Source of the DNA: a virus
Taxonomy: Duplodnaviria; Caudoviricetes
Direction: 5' to 3' (one strand)
DNA: 56,448 nt
Virus record (IMG/VR): IMGVR_UViG_3300046804_006442
Location: 1-56,448 of that record
The notes under the pieces are model-generated. The model was not told where the DNA came from. It did no database searches and worked only from the letters and a program-made list of their open reading frames with translations. Position 1 is the first letter of the stretch; each line of letters opens with the position of its first letter. The position numbers and the translations under genes were made by a program. This document shows, one piece after another, positions 52,193 to 56,448 of this stretch.

Positions 52193-52913
52193 ACATGTAG
52201 GCCGCCATGGCGACCGTAAAGTAGCCATAGTATTCCGAGAAATCCCCGGTGAAGATCATATGTGCCTGGTAATATACCCCGAGACACTGCCCAGTAGTTT
52301 TGAAACCACTATCATGAAGGTGATTGAGAGTCCTGCTGGGCAAGCCGAAACCACATTGGCCAATGCCCTGCACCGTAACCTCCTACCCGATGGACGTGTG
52401 ATCCTTGAAGCTTTACACAAAGAAGGTATGCTCAAGAAAATCCCCACCAATCAAGTCATCGTCACTCCAACACCGTCTAGCTCGGTCAAACTAGATGAGC
52501 TAAATCGTCTGGTCCGAGAGATGGAATCCGGCGCCGATGCCGCCAAACGCATGGCCGAATTAGACAAGAACTCGGGATTGGTCAACCCCGAAGTCAAGCG
52601 CGAAGCCGAGCGTGAATTCAAACGTCGGCAACTAGAGCAGCAAGCCGCACAGCAACGAGCCGGTCAACCTCCCATGCAGGCCGAGCAATCCACGGCACTG
52701 GATGACCGCTCCTTGGCCGGTAATATGTTGGCCCAGGCCAAACGCATGGAAGCCGAAGCCAAAGGTCTTATTGCCGAAGCAGCTCGCATGAAGAAAGAAG
52801 CCGAACAGATGTTCCCGGGTGTGGTACAAACCGACGCAGCACCTGTGGTTGCCGCAGCACCAAAGCGGCGTGGACGTCCTGCCAAAGCTGCGACTAATGC
52901 AGCAGCTCAGTGA
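52185..52913 (+). CDS. conserved phage hypothetical protein
   Basis: AGGAGA SD; MLKHVG..; terminal KRRGRP. Confidence 0.8.
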   Translation: MLKHVGRHGDRKVAIVFREIPGEDHMCLVIYPETLPSSFETTIMKVIESPAGQAETTLANALHRNLLPDGRVILEALHKEGMLKKIPTNQVIVTPTPSSSVKLDELNRLVREMESGADAAKRMAELDKNSGLVNPEVKREAEREFKRRQLEQQAAQQRAGQPPMQAEQSTALDDRSLAGNMLAQAKRMEAEAKGLIAEAARMKKEAEQMFPGVVQTDAAPVVAAAPKRRGRPAKAATNAAAQ

Positions 52914-53205
52914 TGAGTTTCTAGCCAAGTGGGAACACATCATCCGAGATGTGGACATCACTGACCTACCATTGGAATGTATCAAAAAGGTCACCATCAA
53001 GCTCAGGGGCAACCGTCGCAAGACTATCAACATCTCTGTTCTGAAAAAACAAGGACTAGAGATGGAGCAGATCGAAGAAGCACTAAACAAAACTCTGATA
53101 GCCTACGAAGACGAAGTCCTTGACCTTGACTGGACCATAGATGTCAAGGCCGTGGCAGAACTGGTACAACCCGTGACCGATCGATTACTCAAAGCCATCA
53201 AATGA
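52897..53205 (+). CDS. hypothetical protein
   Basis: Operon overlap. Confidence 0.7.
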   Translation: MQQLSDEFLAKWEHIIRDVDITDLPLECIKKVTIKLRGNRRKTINISVLKKQGLEMEQIEEALNKTLIAYEDEVLDLDWTIDVKAVAELVQPVTDRLLKAIK

Positions 53206-53891
53206 ACGTAAAATTAGTTTCTTACAGTCAACCCACCGCGGAATTCCGAGATCAAGGAATCGAGGATGCACAAGAGCTCATCGCCTTCTGTGCCCGAGTC
53301 TCAAATCCAGCTAACCAGTTCAACACCGATACCAGTGAAAAACTCATTAGGTACCTCATACAGCACCAGCACTGGAGCCCCCTTGAGATGGTTTCAGCTT
53401 GCCTGGAAATTACGACGACACGAGATATCGCAAGGCAGATCCTGCGACATCGAAGTTTTAGTTTCCAAGAGTTCAGTCAGCGTTACGCAGATCCAACCCG
53501 GGACCTTGAATTCGTTGTACGCGAGGCCCGACTCCAGGACACCCGTAATAGACAAAATAGTATAAAGCTAGACGTAGATAACAATCTCGAACACCGCGAG
53601 ATCTATCAGCTCTGGGAAGAGAAACAGCTAGAACTCATACGCCTGGCCCGCGAAACCTATCAGTGGGCCACCGCAGCGGGCATCGCCAAGGAGCAAGCCC
53701 GGGCTGTGCTACCCGAAGGACTGACTACCAGCCGCATGTATATGAACGGTACCCTGCGTAGCTGGATCCACTTTATCGAATTGCGTTCAGCCAATGGCAC
53801 CCAGCTGGAACATCAAGCCATAGCTCGCGAGTGTGCTTGCGTGATCGCTACTGTGTTTCCCATGAGCGCCGAATTCGTAGCAAACCCATAA
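53202..53891 (+). CDS. thyX: FAD-dependent thymidylate synthase
   Basis: HWSPLE, QILRHRSFSFQEFSQRY, ARAVLP, LRSWIHF..LR..TQ.EH. Confidence 0.96.
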   Translation: MNVKLVSYSQPTAEFRDQGIEDAQELIAFCARVSNPANQFNTDTSEKLIRYLIQHQHWSPLEMVSACLEITTTRDIARQILRHRSFSFQEFSQRYADPTRDLEFVVREARLQDTRNRQNSIKLDVDNNLEHREIYQLWEEKQLELIRLARETYQWATAAGIAKEQARAVLPEGLTTSRMYMNGTLRSWIHFIELRSANGTQLEHQAIARECACVIATVFPMSAEFVANP

Positions 53892-53911
53892 CTACCCTGC
53901 TATACTAGAGC

Positions 53912-54160
53912 ATGCGTCTAGAGTTTCAAAGATTCGTGCTGGGTTATATTGATATCCACGATCCCATTATATCGAATCCTGTATTGGAATGGGAAAGCAG
54001 CGAGCAGGGTCAATGGGTGATGGAACACGCCCAAAATTTGACATACTTCCGAGGTCACCAGATGGCTTCGCTCCAGACAATGGTAATGATAACCGGTGAA
54101 CTTGATGGCGTTGAACTAACGGAGTACTTGTTGAGATGGGCAAATCCAAAATCCTCGTAA
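53912..54160 (+). CDS. small hypothetical protein
   Basis: WE.SE.GQWVMEH; YLLRW. Confidence 0.65.
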   Translation: MRLEFQRFVLGYIDIHDPIISNPVLEWESSEQGQWVMEHAQNLTYFRGHQMASLQTMVMITGELDGVELTEYLLRWANPKSS

Positions 54161-55116
54161 CCGGGGGCCTGGGCTTTATAGGGCATCGCGTGGTACATTT
54201 CCTAGAGCGCCTGGGCCACGACGTCGTCATAGCCGATACCAGGACCACGTACGGCATCATTCCCCAGGCCGAACTGGACTATGTCATGTCCACACGCCTG
54301 CCCTGGATCCAGACCCAGAACATACACCGCATCGACATAGCCGATGCCGGGGGAATTGATTATCTGATGCGAGTCCATCAGCCCAACTGCGTCATACATC
54401 TAGCCAGCTTTCCCCGGCAGAAAGCCGTGAACGCTAACCCACAATTGGGATCACGCGCCATGAGCGAGGGTCTGCTCAACTTGCTGGAGCATTCAAAACG
54501 ACACGGTGTCCAGAAGTTCGTATATGTCAGTTCCAGCATGGTGTATGGGGAATTTGAAGACGATACACCCGAGTGGGTCTTTTGCGAACCGCGGGGACAA
54601 TACGGTATCATGAAACTGGCCGGGGAATGGCTAGTGAAGGATTATCATCGCCGGGGTAGTTTTGACTATGCCATAGTACGACCCAGTGCTGTATATGGTC
54701 CCGGGGACGTAGAAGATCGCGTGGTGAGCCGGTTCTTGCTGGCTGCGCATCGTGGAGAAGTGCTGCATGTGCATGGTGCTGCGGAAGCCCTGGACTTTAC
54801 CTATGTTGATGACACCGCATCAGGTATCGTTGCTGCCGCCGTCGCTGAGCCCGGCAACATACGTGTATTCAACATAACACGCGGACGCAGCCGGACACTA
54901 TTAGAAGCAGCCGAGCTGGCTGTACGTATAGCAGGACGTGGTTCTATTGAGGTAGTAGACCGTGATCCCGACTACCCGCAGCGTGGTGCTCTCCGTATTA
55001 CCACTGCGCGCCAGCATCTAGGCTTCAATCCCCAAACCGACATCGAACAAGGATTCCAGACATACTATGACTGGCTTGCGAATTCCCTTTATTGGTCTCC
55101 AAAAACAGTATCATAA
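54136..55116 (+). CDS. NAD-dependent epimerase/dehydratase
   Basis: TGGLGFIG, SSSMVYG, YGIMK, RPSAVYGP, DFTYVDD. Confidence 0.92.
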   Translation: MGKSKILVTGGLGFIGHRVVHFLERLGHDVVIADTRTTYGIIPQAELDYVMSTRLPWIQTQNIHRIDIADAGGIDYLMRVHQPNCVIHLASFPRQKAVNANPQLGSRAMSEGLLNLLEHSKRHGVQKFVYVSSSMVYGEFEDDTPEWVFCEPRGQYGIMKLAGEWLVKDYHRRGSFDYAIVRPSAVYGPGDVEDRVVSRFLLAAHRGEVLHVHGAAEALDFTYVDDTASGIVAAAVAEPGNIRVFNITRGRSRTLLEAAELAVRIAGRGSIEVVDRDPDYPQRGALRITTARQHLGFNPQTDIEQGFQTYYDWLANSLYWSPKTVS

Positions 55117-56173
55117 TCTCCGGCAGGAGATCCTAGATGCCACGGATCAGGTCCTGCGCAGCGGGCAGATCATGAACGGCAACTGGACCCAGGAGTTTGA
55201 GAATTGGTTGGCCCAGCGCAACCAGGTGCAATACGCCGTGACTTGCCATTCGGGTACCCAGGCTCTGGAGATCCTGGCTACATATCTCCTTAGGCTTATA
55301 AGACCAACTAGGCCGCTTACGGTGTTATTACCGGCATTGACCTATCCAGCCACAGCCAATGCCTGGATCCGCGCCGGCTGGCATGTACATTTCGTTGACG
55401 TGGATCGTTATGGCGTTATGTCGCTCGAGGATCTGCCCCGGCTCACAGAATTCAATGCCGTATGCCCGGTTGGACTATATGGCGCCGCTATCTCGCATTT
55501 TGGTGCTGTCATGTATCTACATAACGCCTTCGTGATGGAAGATGCTGCCCAACATTGGCTCAGTGCCAGATCAGCGCGGTTTGGTGATGGGTCTGCCATC
55601 AGTTTTGATCCTACCAAGAACCTAGGTAACTTCGGCAACGGCGGGGCCGTACTAACCAACAATAGCGAGCTAGCCGACTTTGCCAGTAACTGGCGCGATA
55701 ACGGGCGTGATAACCAGTTCTCGCACGATTATCCGGTGACCAACAGTCGCATGAGCGAAGTAGACTGCGCCCAGATGCTAGTCAAGACCCACCACATCAA
55801 CGCATGGCAACAGCGGCGTGAAATGATCGCCCGGCACTGGATAGATCGCCTCAGGGGTTCGGGCATAAGGTGCCTCATAGATGACAGCAATATCCGCGAT
55901 CATTGTTTCCACAAGTTCGTAGTCGATACCGACATGCGGGATCGCATACACCGACAGATGAACATACGCAAGATCGAGACCCGCATACATTACGAGCAGC
56001 CGCTGTCGGAACTGGCCGCGTTCCAAAAGTATCCCGGTACCGATATGCTGAGCAAGGCCACCGCCCTGAGCCGGCGCGTATTGAGCCTGCCGATCTACCC
56101 CGAGCTCACGGATCTTGAAGTAGAATACATCATCGATCAGCTATTAGATTCCTACGCAGAAGTGCATAGCTAG
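55067..56173 (+). CDS. DegT/DnrJ/EryC1 PLP-dependent sugar aminotransferase
   Basis: SGTQAL, EDAAQ, SFDPTKNLG..G.GG, NSRMSE, LSLPIYP. Confidence 0.93.
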   Translation: MTGLRIPFIGLQKQYHNLRQEILDATDQVLRSGQIMNGNWTQEFENWLAQRNQVQYAVTCHSGTQALEILATYLLRLIRPTRPLTVLLPALTYPATANAWIRAGWHVHFVDVDRYGVMSLEDLPRLTEFNAVCPVGLYGAAISHFGAVMYLHNAFVMEDAAQHWLSARSARFGDGSAISFDPTKNLGNFGNGGAVLTNNSELADFASNWRDNGRDNQFSHDYPVTNSRMSEVDCAQMLVKTHHINAWQQRREMIARHWIDRLRGSGIRCLIDDSNIRDHCFHKFVVDTDMRDRIHRQMNIRKIETRIHYEQPLSELAAFQKYPGTDMLSKATALSRRVLSLPIYPELTDLEVEYIIDQLLDSYAEVHS

Positions 56174-56448
56174 CCAGCCAGGACCAGTCATAGCTTTTTC
56201 GTAGCTGCGCAAAATCACCCCCAACCGAGTCGTAGTATTCCATGGCATCTTGGGCACCTACGTGGCTCCATTTGAAATAATCATTAGTGTTGTTCTCCCG
56301 GAGCCAACACTTCAATCTATATTCATTTTCTATGTCGGGTAGGCTGTGTCGTAGCTTGATCGCTTCACGGAACGCTGTGCGCCAGGCCATCCAGGCCGTG
56401 TTACAATACTGCGCGGTGCCCGACAACATGGGCACCGCGCAGTATTGT
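56130..56448 (-). CDS. 3' end of a gene, possibly glycosyltransferase-like (truncated by window edge)
   Basis: AWRTAFRE.IKL..RL..W..GA motif; frame open to the edge. Confidence 0.55.
   Translation of the reverse strand, partial: QYCAVPMLSGTAQYCNTAWMAWRTAFREAIKLRHSLPDIENEYRLKCWLRENNTNDYFKWSHVGAQDAMEYYDSVGGDFAQLRKSYDWSWLASYALLRRNLIADR

Noticed and set aside
1-56448. Genome-wide stop-codon reassignment, suggested by the release factor and the TTA-anticodon module
   Set aside because: Conserved genes end at TAA, TAG and TGA at expected lengths with tight coupling; only the release factor has an internal stop.

Overview
A 56 kb segment of a large (jumbo-type) dsDNA phage genome in standard genetic code, almost entirely on the + strand. 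The host is probably a proteobacterium, possibly a betaproteobacterium (inferred from sigma70 promoters, a Bug/TctC protein and the tmRNA tag). 1-16.5 kb: a 7-deazaguanine/sugar-nucleotide cluster (QueD-like, folE, queD, queE, two glycosyltransferases, galE, B12 radical SAM, PRTase) followed by nucleic-acid metabolism genes (T4-type RNase H, MazG-like, MBD4-like glycosylase). 16.6-36.2 kb: a roughly 20 kb RNA/translation island. It holds 42 tRNA genes covering all 20 amino acids, many tRNA-like and long-stem RNAs, a GOLLD-like RNA with an embedded UUA-anticodon tRNA-like module, a minimal RNase P RNA, rrn-type boxA sites, homing endonucleases, an R-M-like pair and an RF1-like release factor interrupted by an in-frame UGA. 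The island is preceded by a 48-codon leader ORF containing 31 consecutive non-repeating codons that cover all 20 amino acids, coupled to an antiterminator/terminator pair. This is a candidate pan-codon translation-stress attenuator and the top finding. 36-56 kb: small early-type genes behind repeated GGTTGACC..TATAAT promoters, rpoZ-like, RtcB, a two-piece permuted tmRNA, peroxiredoxin, MoxR AAA + vWA metallopeptidase, thyX, an epimerase and a DegT aminotransferase. All calls come from manual motif reading; no database searches were run.
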